Positions 19,439 to 29,690 are shown, numbered from the stretch's first letter. The stretch: DNA of 64,000 nt from Gemmatimonadota bacterium (GCA_021324635.1 JAJPIS010000070.1:7061-71060); one strand, 5' to 3'. A program made the numbers and translations. Notes: generated by a model from the letters alone, not told the origin.

Positions 19439-20999
19439 CCGTGGCCTCCCATGCAGCTGGTGGCGAGTCGCCTTTCGTGGAGCTACCCTGGACCGGCAGG
19501 GGTCGTGCCGACCGCGCGGACCCCGCCGTCTCGGCAGCGCTCGAGAGAGGGGTCGCGACCGTCTCGAGTGAGCGGCGCTCGGCGGCGATCCCGAGCCCCA
19601 GCTCGACCGCCGCTCCGCCGACCATGAGCGCTGCGCCGACGAGGTATCCCCAGACGACCTCCATCCGCTGTCCGCTGGCGATCAGGCGGCCGAAGAGCCA
19701 GGGCGCGGCGACGCCACCGAGCAGCGTGCCGCCGGCGTAGAAGAGCGCGATCGCGAGGGCCCGGATCTCGAGGGGGAAGGATTCGCTGACCGTGAGATAT
19801 GCCGCGCTGGCCGCGGCCGACGCGAAGAAGAAGATGACCGACCAGGCGACGGTCTGAGACGTGGCGTCGAGGGTCCCGTGCGCGAAGAGGACGGCGGCGA
19901 CGGCGAGGAGGACCCCCGAGAGCGCGTACGTCGTGGCGATCATCGGACGGCGACCGACGGTGTCGAAGAGGCGACCGAGGAGCAGCGGGCCGGTGAAGTT
20001 CCCGAGCGCGAACGGGAGCAGGTACCAGCCGACGCGAGCCGCCGGGATGTCGTAGAACTTCCGTAGCACCAGAGCGTAGGTGAAGAAGATCGCGTTGTAG
20101 AAGAACGCCTGGGTCGCGATGAGGGCGATACCGAGGATCGTGCGGCGCGGATAGACACGAATGAGCGTGCGCCCCACCTCGCGGAGCGACACGGGTCCGC
20201 GCCGCCGGAGGTGAATGCGGATGGTCGCCGGCGCGAGCGGCGCGCGCGTATGGTGCTCGACCCGTCGCTCGATCTCGGCGACGACCTGCTCGGCGTCATC
20301 GACGCGGCCGTGCACCATGAGCCATCGCGGGCTCTCGGGGATGAAGCGGCGGAGGATGAGCACGCCGAGTCCGAGCACCGCACCGATCGCGAAGGCGGCG
20401 CGCCAGCCGACGTCCGGCGGCAGGCGTCCCGGGACGAGCAGGACCAGCGTGCCGGCGGCGCCGAGCGCGGCCCCGACCCAGAAGCTCCCATTGATGGTGA
20501 GGTCGGTCCAGCCGCGGAACCTGGCCGGGATCAGCTCCTGGATCGCCGAATTGATTGCGGTTCCCTCACCCCCGATGCCCGCCCCGGTGAGCCCGCGGAA
20601 GACCGCATAACTCCAGAAGCTCCAGGAGAACGCGGTCGCGGCCGTGGCGATCAGGTACAGCCCGAGCGTGATCGTGAAGAGCCGCTTCCGTCCCCAGCGG
20701 TCGGTGAGCCAGCCGAACCCGAGGGCACCGGCGACGTTGCCGATGAGATAGGCGCTGGCCGCACCACCCACCTCCGGCGCGGTGAGGTGGAGGCGCGGGC
20801 TCTCCTGGAGCGCGGCGGCGACCGATCCCGCCAGTGTGACCTCGAGGCCGTCGAGGATCCAGGTGATCCCGAGCGCGACTACGACCAGCGTGTGGAACGC
20901 GCTCCACGGCAGCCGGTCGAGCCGAGCCGGGATGTCCGTCGAGAACCGGGCGCTCCGGTCCTCGCCCATGCGTGGGCCGGCGAGCGGAGTCGAGGCCAC
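19371..20999 (-). CDS. MFS transporter
   Basis: RLDRLPWS, GWLTDRWGRKR, PESPRWL, about 12 TM helices. Confidence 0.92.
   Translation of the reverse strand: MASTPLAGPRMGEDRSARFSTDIPARLDRLPWSAFHTLVVVALGITWILDGLEVTLAGSVAAALQESPRLHLTAPEVGGAASAYLIGNVAGALGFGWLTDRWGRKRLFTITLGLYLIATAATAFSWSFWSYAVFRGLTGAGIGGEGTAINSAIQELIPARFRGWTDLTINGSFWVGAALGAAGTLVLLVPGRLPPDVGWRAAFAIGAVLGLGVLILRRFIPESPRWLMVHGRVDDAEQVVAEIERRVEHHTRAPLAPATIRIHLRRRGPVSLREVGRTLIRVYPRRTILGIALIATQAFFYNAIFFTYALVLRKFYDIPAARVGWYLLPFALGNFTGPLLLGRLFDTVGRRPMIATTYALSGVLLAVAAVLFAHGTLDATSQTVAWSVIFFFASAAASAAYLTVSESFPLEIRALAIALFYAGGTLLGGVAAPWLFGRLIASGQRMEVVWGYLVGAALMVGGAAVELGLGIAAERRSLETVATPLSSAAETAGSARSARPLPVQGSSTKGDSPPAAWEATDERPDERPDERPDERPGRRADP
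19391..19436. repeat. 12-bp tandem repeat (CTGGTCGCTCGT) about x4
   Basis: Directly visible; encodes SDQT repeats in the small gene and DERP repeats in the overlapping MFS tail. Confidence 0.9.
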
Positions 21000-21080
21000 G
21001 CGAGTCAGTGGGCAAGATCGGCACCGGCGCCGCGCCGATCCCCCCCGCGGCGGACCATGCTCGGCGCGCCACCGGTCTGC

Positions 21081-21404
21081 TCAGCGCGGCCGTCGCTTCC
21101 ATGGACGGAGGGGCTCGTAGCGAGGCACCGCGGTGGGCCGCTCGCGGTGGACGCCGAGGAGGCGGCGACGCATCAGATGGCGCACGGCCGCCTGGACGGT
21201 GCGCTTCGAGAGCCCAGTTCCCTCGGCGATCTGCCGCAGGCTCGCCACCGTCGTCGGCGCGCGTCGGACGGCCGCCTGATGCCAGAGATAGACGTAGACC
21301 AGCAGCGCCGACGGTCGGCCATCGTGGCCGACCAGATCGGGCATGAGCGTGTCCAGGACGTACGCGTCGAGCACGACGTTGGTCGGGCGGCGTTCTGCGG
21401 TCAT
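21081..21404 (-). CDS. Helix-turn-helix protein
   Basis: SLRQIAEGTGLSKRTVQAAVRHL; divergent from the VOC gene. Confidence 0.8.
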   Translation of the reverse strand: MTAERRPTNVVLDAYVLDTLMPDLVGHDGRPSALLVYVYLWHQAAVRRAPTTVASLRQIAEGTGLSKRTVQAAVRHLMRRRLLGVHRERPTAVPRYEPLRPWKRRPR

Positions 21405-21546
21405 GAGTGCGAGGGTGGCACGGTGCCCGGGGGTGGCGGGGGCCAGGGGCAGGCTAGGGGCAGTGGTTGCTATAGCATGGGCCGCGCGACTGGCGTGCGC
21501 AACCGAACGCGTCGACATTGCCGCCTTCGACCTCCCCGGAGCGACC

Positions 21547-21915
21547 ATGATCAAAGGCATCAAGTTCATCAGCGTGCCGGTCCGCGATCAGGACCGCGCA
21601 CTCGAGTTCTACACCACGCGCCTGGGCTTCGCGGTCGCGACCGACCAGCCGTTCGACGACAAGCAGCGATGGATCGAGCTGCGTATCCCCGGTGCGAACA
21701 CGGGCCTGGTGCTCTTCACTCCCGACGGCCACGAGGACCGGATCGGGAGCTTCCAGGGGATCTCCTTCTACGCCGACGACGTCGACGCGACGTACCACGC
21801 GCTCGCCGCCACCGGCGTCGAGTTCACCGGTCCCCCGCAGCGGGCCGACTGGGGCACGGCCGCGATCTTCAAGGATCCCGACGGGAACACCTTCGTGATC
21901 TCCTCGCGCTCGTAG
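21547..21915 (+). CDS. VOC/glyoxalase family protein
   Basis: VRDQDRALEFY...LGF, DDVDATY, WG...FKDPDGN. Confidence 0.92.
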   Translation: MIKGIKFISVPVRDQDRALEFYTTRLGFAVATDQPFDDKQRWIELRIPGANTGLVLFTPDGHEDRIGSFQGISFYADDVDATYHALAATGVEFTGPPQRADWGTAAIFKDPDGNTFVISSRS

Positions 21916-21983
21916 CCCCGGACCCCGCGCAACGCGGGCAGCGGAGCGCCGCTGGACACCGAGCCCCCTCCTGGCCGTATTGA

Positions 21984-22014
21984 TATGGCCATAGCCGCAC
22001 CAACTTGGCCATAA
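21984..22014. promoter_or_regulatory. Two TGGCCATA boxes 20 bp apart, candidate antitoxin operator
   Basis: TATGGCCATA palindrome at 21984-21993 and a second TGGCCATA at 22006, just upstream of the Phd-like gene. Confidence 0.5.
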
Positions 22015-22029
22015 CGGTCGAGGGCGACG

Positions 22030-22430
22030 ATGAAGAAGGCTGTACGCGCGGGTGGCCCGACTCCGTCGACCACCCTGGACGCTCCGGAGATCGTGGAGAT
22101 CAAGGCCAGTGTGTTCAAGGACACGTGCCTCGAGCTGATGGACGACGTCCGCGATCACAACAAGCAGATCGTCATCACGAAGTACCGTCGGGTCGTAGCG
22201 AAGCTCGTCCCGCCTGACGTGGAGGAGGGGCCAAGTGCCTTTTCTCCTGCTGAGCACCCGGTTGCCGGGGGCAGTCCACAACGATCTGGCCGACCGGATG
22301 CTGATCACGACGGCCCAGCTCAACAACCTGCCGCTGGCCACCGCCGACCGCGCGACCGTCGACTATGCGCGGTCGCACCCGGGGACGCCCGTGATCGACG
22401 CGCGGCCCCGATCCTGGCCGCGCGCTGGTG
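22030..22430 (+). pseudogene. Phd/YefM antitoxin joined to the 3' remnant of a VapC PIN toxin
   Basis: IKASVFKDTCLELMDDV...IVITKYRRVVAKLVP, then in another frame LPGAVHNDLADRMLITTAQLNNLPLATADR; toxin N-half and antitoxin stop are missing. Confidence 0.75.
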
Positions 22431-22438
22431 CGACTTGC

Positions 22439-23524
22439 CTAGCGGCCGGCGGTCGCCGATGGCGGGGCGAGAAAGGCGCGCATCGCGTGTGCGACCGTGT
22501 CGGGGCGGACCAGGAAGATGTAATGGGTCGCGCCGCGCAGCTCGATGATGCGCGCCCTCGGCACCTTGGCCTTGAACTCGTCGCGCTGTGCGGCGTGCCA
22601 CTTCTGGGCGACCGCGAGCCAATGCGGCGCGCTGGTATCGGTCGCGGCGATCCAGGGGAGGAACTCGGCGGCCGAGATCGGCCAGTCGTAGATCGCGAGC
22701 ACCGGGACGTGGACCTTGCCGAACGGCGGCGCGAGCGCTTCGGCCGACCGGACGACGGCCTCCGTGAACGCCGGGGGGGATGCGGGGCCGAGGTCGCGCC
22801 CGCTCGGGCTCAACTTCTCCGTCGCGCGGTACGTCGCCTCGGGAATCGGCGCATCGCTCAGCCGCCGGGCATAGGCGAGCCCCGCGGCCGGTGACGCCGA
22901 GTCGGCGGCGGTCATCGCCGGCGGCTCGGGGTAGGGGCGCGGCACCGGATGCGCATGATAGTCGAAGCCCGCGTCGAGGTACACGAGCCGGTCCACCTGG
23001 CCGGGGTACGTCGCAGCCACCCACGTCAGCTCCTGCCCGGCGATCGAGTGGCCGACGAGATCGACGTGAGAGAGATGCAGGCTGTCCAGCACCGCGTGCA
23101 CATCGCTCGCCAGCGCCGGGATCGTGTACCCGCTGTCCGGGTGGTCGGACGCTCCCCAGCCGCGCCGGCTGACCGCGAGCACGTGAAAGTGATCGGTGAA
23201 CTGCGGCGCGAAATCGTCGAAGATGTGGCCCGTATCCTCGAGCCCCGGAACGAACACCAGCGGCTGCCCCGTGCCGCCCCAGTCCAGGACCTCGATCCGC
23301 ACCGGTCCCGGCACGGTCACGCCCGGCACGGAAACGAATCGCACCGTGTGGGGCGACGGGTCGTGCCAGGCGGTCGCGTCGGGTGCGGCCGCGCTGTCGC
23401 CGTGGCCCGCCGACTGCGCCGGCTTGCCGCCGCTGCACGCGCTGAGCGTCGCGGCCGCCGCGAGGGCACCGAGCATGGCCAGGAGCAGAGGCGCGGGCGT
23501 CACGCGGGCGAAGCGCTGAGACAC
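22439..23524 (-). CDS. Alpha/beta hydrolase lipoprotein
   Basis: Lipobox LSAC, LDWGGTG, RRGWGAS, GHSIAG, ATHYIF. Confidence 0.88.
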   Translation of the reverse strand: MSQRFARVTPAPLLLAMLGALAAAATLSACSGGKPAQSAGHGDSAAAPDATAWHDPSPHTVRFVSVPGVTVPGPVRIEVLDWGGTGQPLVFVPGLEDTGHIFDDFAPQFTDHFHVLAVSRRGWGASDHPDSGYTIPALASDVHAVLDSLHLSHVDLVGHSIAGQELTWVAATYPGQVDRLVYLDAGFDYHAHPVPRPYPEPPAMTAADSASPAAGLAYARRLSDAPIPEATYRATEKLSPSGRDLGPASPPAFTEAVVRSAEALAPPFGKVHVPVLAIYDWPISAAEFLPWIAATDTSAPHWLAVAQKWHAAQRDEFKAKVPRARIIELRGATHYIFLVRPDTVAHAMRAFLAPPSATAGR

Positions 23525-23793
23525 GGACTCTCCCTTGGTGGTGGGTCGGGACGAAGTTGGCAACCCGGGCGCGCGATAGCAACCGCCGGCGCGAGGAGTG
23601 CGCCGGTCGTGCGGTCGCACCAACCCATTGCGCGGCCGTGGCTTGCCGCCGGCGCCGAACGCTCAAGCCCGCTGTCCCAGGGATTGGGAAGCCACTCTGG
23701 TATCCCAGAGTGGCGCCCCGGATCCCGCGTCCCCCGCCGCCGCCCGGGCCGACGGCCTCGCCGCGGCGCGCGAAAGTGGGTTTATTTCAGGCC

Positions 23794-24648
23794 ATGTCCG
23801 ACACGCAGACCCTGGCGCAGGCCGGCGCGCCGCCATCGTCCGCACCGCTCGAGATCCGGCATCTGCGGAGCTGGACCGAGTTTCAGGCCTGTGTCGCGCT
23901 CCAACAAGAGGTCTGGGGGGTCAGCTTCGCGGATCTCGTGCCCGCGTCGATCCTCAAGGTGACGCAGCGTGTCGGCGGAGTGACCGCCGGCGCGTTCGAG
24001 CCGGACGGGCGACTCGTCGGGTTCGTGTACGGGCTCACCGGCGTCGAGGACGGTCGACTCGTCCACTGGTCCGACATGCTGGGCGTCACCGCCAGGTACC
24101 GCGACCACGGTGTCGGGCGCGCGCTCAAGGAGTTCCAGCGCGATACGCTCCGGGGGCTCGGCGTGTCGGTCATCTACTGGACATACGATCCGCTCGTGGC
24201 GCGCAACGCCCACCTCAACCTCAATCAGCTCGGGACCGAGGTGGTGGAGTACGTCGTCGACATGTACGGTCCCAGCACGTCGAGTGTGCTCCACGAGGGC
24301 ATCGGTACCGACCGCTTCGTGGTCGCCTGGCACATCGATGACCGGACCCCCCGGCGGCCCGTGCCGCCGGTCCCGGCGCTCGACGCACCGGACATCCCGA
24401 CCCTCAATGGCGCGCCCCACATTCCCGACGGCGCCCGCTGGGTGCGGGTCCGCGTGCCGCTCCACATCGATCGCGTGCAGCAGGCGTCGTTGAGCGAGGC
24501 CGCCCGGTGGCGCGCCGAGACGCGCCCGGCGTTCCAGAACGCGTTCGCCAGGGGCTACCGCGTCGCGGCCTTCCAACGCGACGATACGACCGAGACCGGG
24601 GTCTACACCCTCGTGCCCGACCCGCCGCCGCGGTCGGCCGGCCGGTAG
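23794..24648 (+). CDS. GNAT acyltransferase (putative D-amino acid N-succinyltransferase)
   Basis: HWSDMLGV...GVGRALK, WTYDPL.ARNAHLN, TDRFVVAW; directly upstream of NSAR/OSBS. Confidence 0.85.
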   Translation: MSDTQTLAQAGAPPSSAPLEIRHLRSWTEFQACVALQQEVWGVSFADLVPASILKVTQRVGGVTAGAFEPDGRLVGFVYGLTGVEDGRLVHWSDMLGVTARYRDHGVGRALKEFQRDTLRGLGVSVIYWTYDPLVARNAHLNLNQLGTEVVEYVVDMYGPSTSSVLHEGIGTDRFVVAWHIDDRTPRRPVPPVPALDAPDIPTLNGAPHIPDGARWVRVRVPLHIDRVQQASLSEAARWRAETRPAFQNAFARGYRVAAFQRDDTTETGVYTLVPDPPPRSAGR

Positions 24649-24722
24649 CCGACCGGTCGCCGACCCGCAGCCGACCCGTCCACCCGCACCCGCCACCTCG
24701 AACCTCTGCCGAGTCGATTCCC

Positions 24723-25877
24723 ATGCTCGTCGTCGATCGTATCGTCCTGCGCGAGATCCGGCTCGCGCTCAAGGAACCGTTCCGCATCTCGTCCGGCGTG
24801 GTCACGGAGCGCCGTATCTTCCTGCTCGAGCTCCACGACGCCTCCGGCGCCACGACGTGGGCGGAGTGTGTCGCCGGTGAGCACCCCAACTACAGCGCCG
24901 AGACGATCGACACGGCCTGGGATGCGATCGCTCGGTGGGTCGCGCCCCGGGTGCTCGGCGCCCGACTGGACGGGCCCGAGAGTGTCCACTCGCTCCTCGA
25001 GCGCGATTTCCGCGGGCATCCGATGGCCAAGGCGGCGGTCGAGATGGGATGCTGGGGTCTGGCAGCGACGATCGAGGGTGTGCCCCTCGCCCAGCGCATC
25101 GGCGGCACGAGGACCCGCATCCCAACGGGCATCTCGCTCGGGATCCAGAAGACGCCCGACGCGCTCGTCGAGCGTGCCCGGGCCGCGTACGCGCAGGGCT
25201 ACCGCAAGATCAAGCTCAAGATCGCGCCGGGCTCGGACGTCGCCTTTGTGCGCGCCGTTCGCGAGGCGCTCGGCGCCGAGGTCCACCTCATGGCGGACGC
25301 GAACTCGGCCTACCGGCTCGCCGACGCGGACCATCTCGCACAGCTCGACGCGTTCGACCTCATCATGATCGAGCAGCCGCTCGGCCAGGACGACCTGGTG
25401 CGGCACGCGCAGCTCCAGCGCCGGCTTCGCACGCCGATCTGTCTCGACGAATCGATCACGAGCGTCGATCGGGCCGAGGACATGATCGCCCTGGGCAGCG
25501 GCAAGATCGTGAACATCAAGCCGGGACGCGTCGGCGGGTTCACGGTCTCGCGGGCCATCCACGACCTCTGTGAGCGGTCCGGGATCCCGGTGTGGTGCGG
25601 CGGGATGCTCGAGAGCGGCGTCGGCCGCGCGTACAACGTCGCGCTCGCGTCTTTCGCCAACTTCAAACTGCCCGGCGATCTCTCGCCGAGCGCGCGCTAC
25701 TGGGAGCGGGACGTGGTGATCCCGGAGTGGACGATGGACGCCGAGGGGATGGTGACCGTGCCGCGCTCGCAGCCGGGGATCGGCGTCGCCGTCGATGTCG
25801 ACCGCGTCGATGCCCTCACGGTCCGGACGCAGACACTCGCACGCACGGCCGCCCGCCCGGCCGGAGCCGCCGCGTGA
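24723..25877 (+). CDS. menC: N-succinylamino acid racemase / o-succinylbenzoate synthase (enolase superfamily)
   Basis: KIKLKI, ADANSAY, IEQPL, CLDESI, NIKPGRVGG, WCGGMLE, PGD. Confidence 0.9.
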   Translation: MLVVDRIVLREIRLALKEPFRISSGVVTERRIFLLELHDASGATTWAECVAGEHPNYSAETIDTAWDAIARWVAPRVLGARLDGPESVHSLLERDFRGHPMAKAAVEMGCWGLAATIEGVPLAQRIGGTRTRIPTGISLGIQKTPDALVERARAAYAQGYRKIKLKIAPGSDVAFVRAVREALGAEVHLMADANSAYRLADADHLAQLDAFDLIMIEQPLGQDDLVRHAQLQRRLRTPICLDESITSVDRAEDMIALGSGKIVNIKPGRVGGFTVSRAIHDLCERSGIPVWCGGMLESGVGRAYNVALASFANFKLPGDLSPSARYWERDVVIPEWTMDAEGMVTVPRSQPGIGVAVDVDRVDALTVRTQTLARTAARPAGAAA

Positions 25878-27115
25878 GCGACGCGCCGGCCGGCGCGGTG
25901 ACCGCGAGCGCCGTGCCCGTGCCGAGCCGGCTCCAGGTCAAGTTTCCGCCCGAGCTGCACGACCAGCTCATCGCACTCCGGCGGGCGCTGCATCAGCACC
26001 CGGAGCTCTCCGGGCACGAGACCGAGACGGCGACCCGCCTGGCCGGCGCGGTCGCCGCGGTGACCGCCCGCCGCCCGGCCGCCATTCAGCGGCCGGGGAA
26101 GGGGAATATGGTCGTGGCCCGCGTCCCCGGACGGCGGCCCGGCGCCCCGCTCGTCGCGATCCGCGGCGACATCGACGCGCTCCCGATTCAGGAGGAGACC
26201 GGGCTGCCGTACGCGTCGCAGGTGCCGGGAGTGATGCACGCCTGTGGGCACGACGTGCACGCGACCTGGGCGGTCGGCGCGGCGGGCCTGCTGTCGGCGG
26301 CTCCCGCGGCCGGCGATGTCCTCATCGTTCTCCAGCCGGCCGAGGAGACGGGGCGGGGTGCGCTCGACGTCCTCGAGACCGGCGCGCTCGATGACGTCCG
26401 GGCGATCTTCGGCGGGCATGTGGATCGGCGGTTCACGGTCGGGCAGGTCGTGGCGGACGAGGGATCGCTGGCCGCGTCCGCCGACACGTTCACGATCGAG
26501 CTGATCGGTCGCGGCGCGCACGCCGCTCGCCCGCACGAGTCGGCCGATCCGATCGTCGGGCTCGGCGCAGTCATCAGCGCGTTCCAGACGATCGTCGCCC
26601 GGCGCCTGAACCCCGCGACCCCCGGAGTCGTCACGGTCGGCCGCGTCCGCGCGGGCACCGCGAGCAATGTCATCCCCGAGCGGGCGACGCTCGAGGGCAC
26701 GTTGCGGGCGATCGACCCCGCCACTCGACAGCTGCTGCGGGACGAAATCGAGCGCATCGCATCGGCGATCGCGGCCGCGCACCGGCTGGAGGCGCGTGTC
26801 ACGGTCGACCTCGGCACGCCGCCGGTCGTCAATCCGCCGGGCGCGACGGCGTGGGCGCGCACCGCCGTCACCAACACGCTCGGCGCGGACGCCCTCACGC
26901 CCCTCGGCTTCGTCAACCTCGCGGGTGAGGACTTCGCCCACTATCAGGAACGCATCCCGGGATGCTTCGTGCGCATCGGCGCCCGCGAGCCGGGCGGCGA
27001 GGCCATCCCCGCCCATTCCCCGCGCTTCACGGCCTCGGAGAGCAGCATCTTCGTCGGCGCCGCAGTGCTGGCCGAGGCCGCTCGCGTCGCGTCGGAGGCC
27101 CTGGCGAAGGGATAG
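25874..27115 (+). CDS. M20 family amidohydrolase
   Basis: LHQHPELS, RGDIDALP, MHACGHD, QPAEE, GEDF; GTGA overlap with the upstream gene. Confidence 0.92.
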   Translation: MSDAPAGAVTASAVPVPSRLQVKFPPELHDQLIALRRALHQHPELSGHETETATRLAGAVAAVTARRPAAIQRPGKGNMVVARVPGRRPGAPLVAIRGDIDALPIQEETGLPYASQVPGVMHACGHDVHATWAVGAAGLLSAAPAAGDVLIVLQPAEETGRGALDVLETGALDDVRAIFGGHVDRRFTVGQVVADEGSLAASADTFTIELIGRGAHAARPHESADPIVGLGAVISAFQTIVARRLNPATPGVVTVGRVRAGTASNVIPERATLEGTLRAIDPATRQLLRDEIERIASAIAAAHRLEARVTVDLGTPPVVNPPGATAWARTAVTNTLGADALTPLGFVNLAGEDFAHYQERIPGCFVRIGAREPGGEAIPAHSPRFTASESSIFVGAAVLAEAARVASEALAKG

Positions 27116-27214
27116 CGGCGCCCCGACCGGAACCTCCTCGGCGCCTCGCGGATTGAGAGGCGATGCAGCGCACGGATCAGCGATTCGCCGTCCTCCGGCC
27201 CGCGGTCAGCGGCC

Positions 27215-28873
27215 ATGGCGACTGACGCGGCCCGACTGCCGGCCCCGCCGGGCGCCGGGGTGGCGCGGCCAGCGCCCGCCGCGCCGGCCCTGGCTCCGGC
27301 GGACGACGCCGACGTCCACGAGTACCGCTGGCTCATCCTCCTCGGCCTCATCACGGCCGCCATCATGGAGGTGCTCGACACCACGATCGTGAACGTCGCG
27401 CTCCCGCAGATGGCCGGGAACCTCGGTGCGACCTACGACGAGATCGCGTGGGTGGCGACCGGCTACATCCTGTCGAACGTCGTCGTGCTCCCGATGACGG
27501 CCTTCTTCACGGCCACCTTCGGCCGGAAGAACTATCTCACCTTCTCGATCGGGCTGTTCGCGTTCGCCTCGTTCATGTGCGGGACCTCGCACACCCTGAT
27601 CGAGCTCGTCATGTGGCGCGTCGTCCAGGGCGCCGGCGGCGCGGCACTCCTCTCGACGGCGCAGGCGACGCTCCGTCAGGTCTTCCCCCGGGAGCAGCAG
27701 GGGCTCGTCCAGGCCCTCTTCATCCTCGGGATCATCGTCGCGCCGACGATCGGCCCGACCCTCGGCGGCTGGATCACCGACAACTACAACTGGAACTGGA
27801 TCTTTTTCATCAACATCCCGATCGCCGCGGTCTCGATCTTCCTGGTGACGGGCTTCCTGCACGATCCCCCGTGGATGCGGCGGAAGCCGGAAGGGGTCGA
27901 TCTCCCCGGCATCATGCTGCTCATCGTGGGGTTGGCGTCGTTGCAGTACGTGCTCGAGGAGGGGAAGCGCTTCGACTGGTTCGAGAACAGGACGATCGTG
28001 CGGCTGGCGATCCTGTCGAGCATCTGCCTGCTATCCATGCTCTGGTGGGAGCTATCGCGCCGCAATCCGCACCCGGTCGTGAACTTCCGGGTCCTCCGGA
28101 ACAAGCAGCTGTCGGCGTCGATCTTCCTGTTCATCGCGCTCGGCTTCGGTCTCTACGGCGGGGTCTTCATCTTCCCCCTCTTCACGCAGAACCTGCTGGG
28201 GTTCACGGCAACCGAGACGGGACTCGCGCTTCTGCCCGGTGGGCTCGCGACCGCGCTGGCCGCGATCATCTCCGGACGTCTTCTGAACGGTGCCAAGCCG
28301 CTCGTCGACGGCCGAGTGCTGATCGCCGTCGGCGTCGGCATCTTCCTCGTGTCCATGTGGATGCTGGGGCACCTCACGACCCAGGCGGGCGAGCCGGACG
28401 CCCGATTCGCGCTCTTCATCCGTGGCCTGGGACTCGGCTTCCTCTTCACCCCGATCAACAACGTGGCGTACGGAGCGCTCGAGCCTCGCGACGCCCAGCA
28501 GGCGTCGGGGTTGATCAATCTCGCGCGCCAGCTCGGCGGCTCCTTCGGGATCGCCGTCCTCAACACCTACGTGACCAACCACACGCAGCTCCACCGCGTG
28601 GACCTGCTGAACTACGTCTACTCGTACAACCCGCGGGTCCTGGAGCGGCTGCACATGGTCGCGAGCGGGTTGATGGCGCACGGCTACAGCGCGCTCGACG
28701 CGCAGCGGGCCGCCGTCGGCGTGCTCGATCAGATGCTGATGCGACAGGCCACGATGCTCGCCTTCAACGACGCCTGGATGCTGATCCTGATCTCGTTCGT
28801 CGTCACCGCGCCGGCGATCCTCCTGCTCGGGAAGCCGCGCGTGGGCGGCGCAGGCGCCGGCGCCGGGCACTAG
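27215..28873 (+). CDS. DHA2 (EmrB/QacA) MFS efflux permease
   Basis: LDTTIVNVALP, GPTLGGWITD, WNWIFFINIP, RQLGGSFG. Confidence 0.93.
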   Translation: MATDAARLPAPPGAGVARPAPAAPALAPADDADVHEYRWLILLGLITAAIMEVLDTTIVNVALPQMAGNLGATYDEIAWVATGYILSNVVVLPMTAFFTATFGRKNYLTFSIGLFAFASFMCGTSHTLIELVMWRVVQGAGGAALLSTAQATLRQVFPREQQGLVQALFILGIIVAPTIGPTLGGWITDNYNWNWIFFINIPIAAVSIFLVTGFLHDPPWMRRKPEGVDLPGIMLLIVGLASLQYVLEEGKRFDWFENRTIVRLAILSSICLLSMLWWELSRRNPHPVVNFRVLRNKQLSASIFLFIALGFGLYGGVFIFPLFTQNLLGFTATETGLALLPGGLATALAAIISGRLLNGAKPLVDGRVLIAVGVGIFLVSMWMLGHLTTQAGEPDARFALFIRGLGLGFLFTPINNVAYGALEPRDAQQASGLINLARQLGGSFGIAVLNTYVTNHTQLHRVDLLNYVYSYNPRVLERLHMVASGLMAHGYSALDAQRAAVGVLDQMLMRQATMLAFNDAWMLILISFVVTAPAILLLGKPRVGGAGAGAGH

Positions 28874-28992
28874 CCGGCCCTTCGTTTCCTGGCCCTGTCG
28901 GCGGTCGCGGCCGCCGGCGGGGTCGGCGCCGTGATCCCGGGCGGGCGTGTGGGCGCCCAACCACCAACGACGGGGGGGCATCGTGATGCCCC

Positions 28993-29690
28993 GTAGGGGC
29001 GGCATTCATGCCGCCCGCGACCCGCATCCCGCACCAATGCCGGGGCGGCATTCATGCCGCCCGCGACCCGCATCCCGCACGAATGCCTGGCCCGGCGTGT
29101 CACGCGGGCCGCGTCCCGCGGCCACCAAAGGAAGCGTTATTGTTGATGGTGCCAGGGGCAATCGCTTCGCGATTGCCCCTGGCACCGGGAACCGCAACGA
29201 CCGGAGCGGGATGGTGGGCCCGTCGCGGTGGGGCCGGGGCGCGTGTGGGTGCGTGGATGCCCGCGGCACCGGGAACGGCGGGCGGGAATGCATGGTGTCG
29301 CCGCGGGCGCACGTCGCCGTGCGCGCCCCGCGTAGGGGCGGCATTCATGCCGCCCGCGATTCGCATCCCACACGGATGCCCGGCCCGGCATTCATGCCGC
29401 CCGCGACCCGCATCCCACACGGATGCCCGGCCCGGCATTCATGCCGCCCGCGATTCGCATCCCGCACCAATGCCTGGGCGGCCGTGGGACGCGACCGGCG
29501 TGCGGCATCCCGCGCCACGCGGGGCGTCGTATATGCCGAACGGCAACGGCGAATGACGTGAATGCCGGGCCGGACATTGGTGCGAAATGATGGCAGCGGG
29601 CGGCATGAATGCCGCCCCTACGGGGGTGCGTTGGCCGGCATTTCGCACCACGGGGGTGCGTTGGCCGGCATTGCGCACCAATGCCGGGCG
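28993..29690. repeat. GTAG-type REP-like palindrome cluster
   Basis: Six copies of core GGCATTCATGCCGCCC (full form GTAGGGGCGGCATTCATGCCGCCC) at about 28993, 29042, 29332, 29385, 29432 and inverted at 29598-29621; plus a 30-bp tandem duplication at 29621-29680. Confidence 0.85.
29148..29186. repeat. Perfect 18-bp stem palindrome
   Basis: GGTGCCAGGGGCAATCGC-TTC-GCGATTGCCCCTGGCACC. Confidence 0.9.

Noticed and set aside
24723..25877. Menaquinone biosynthesis operon
   Set aside because: No other men genes; the GNAT and M20 neighbours indicate the racemase role.
28993..29480. Possible CRISPR array (palindromic repeats at about 47-bp period)
   Set aside because: The intervening sequences are near-identical rather than unique spacers, one copy is inverted, and no cas genes are present; REP-like instead.
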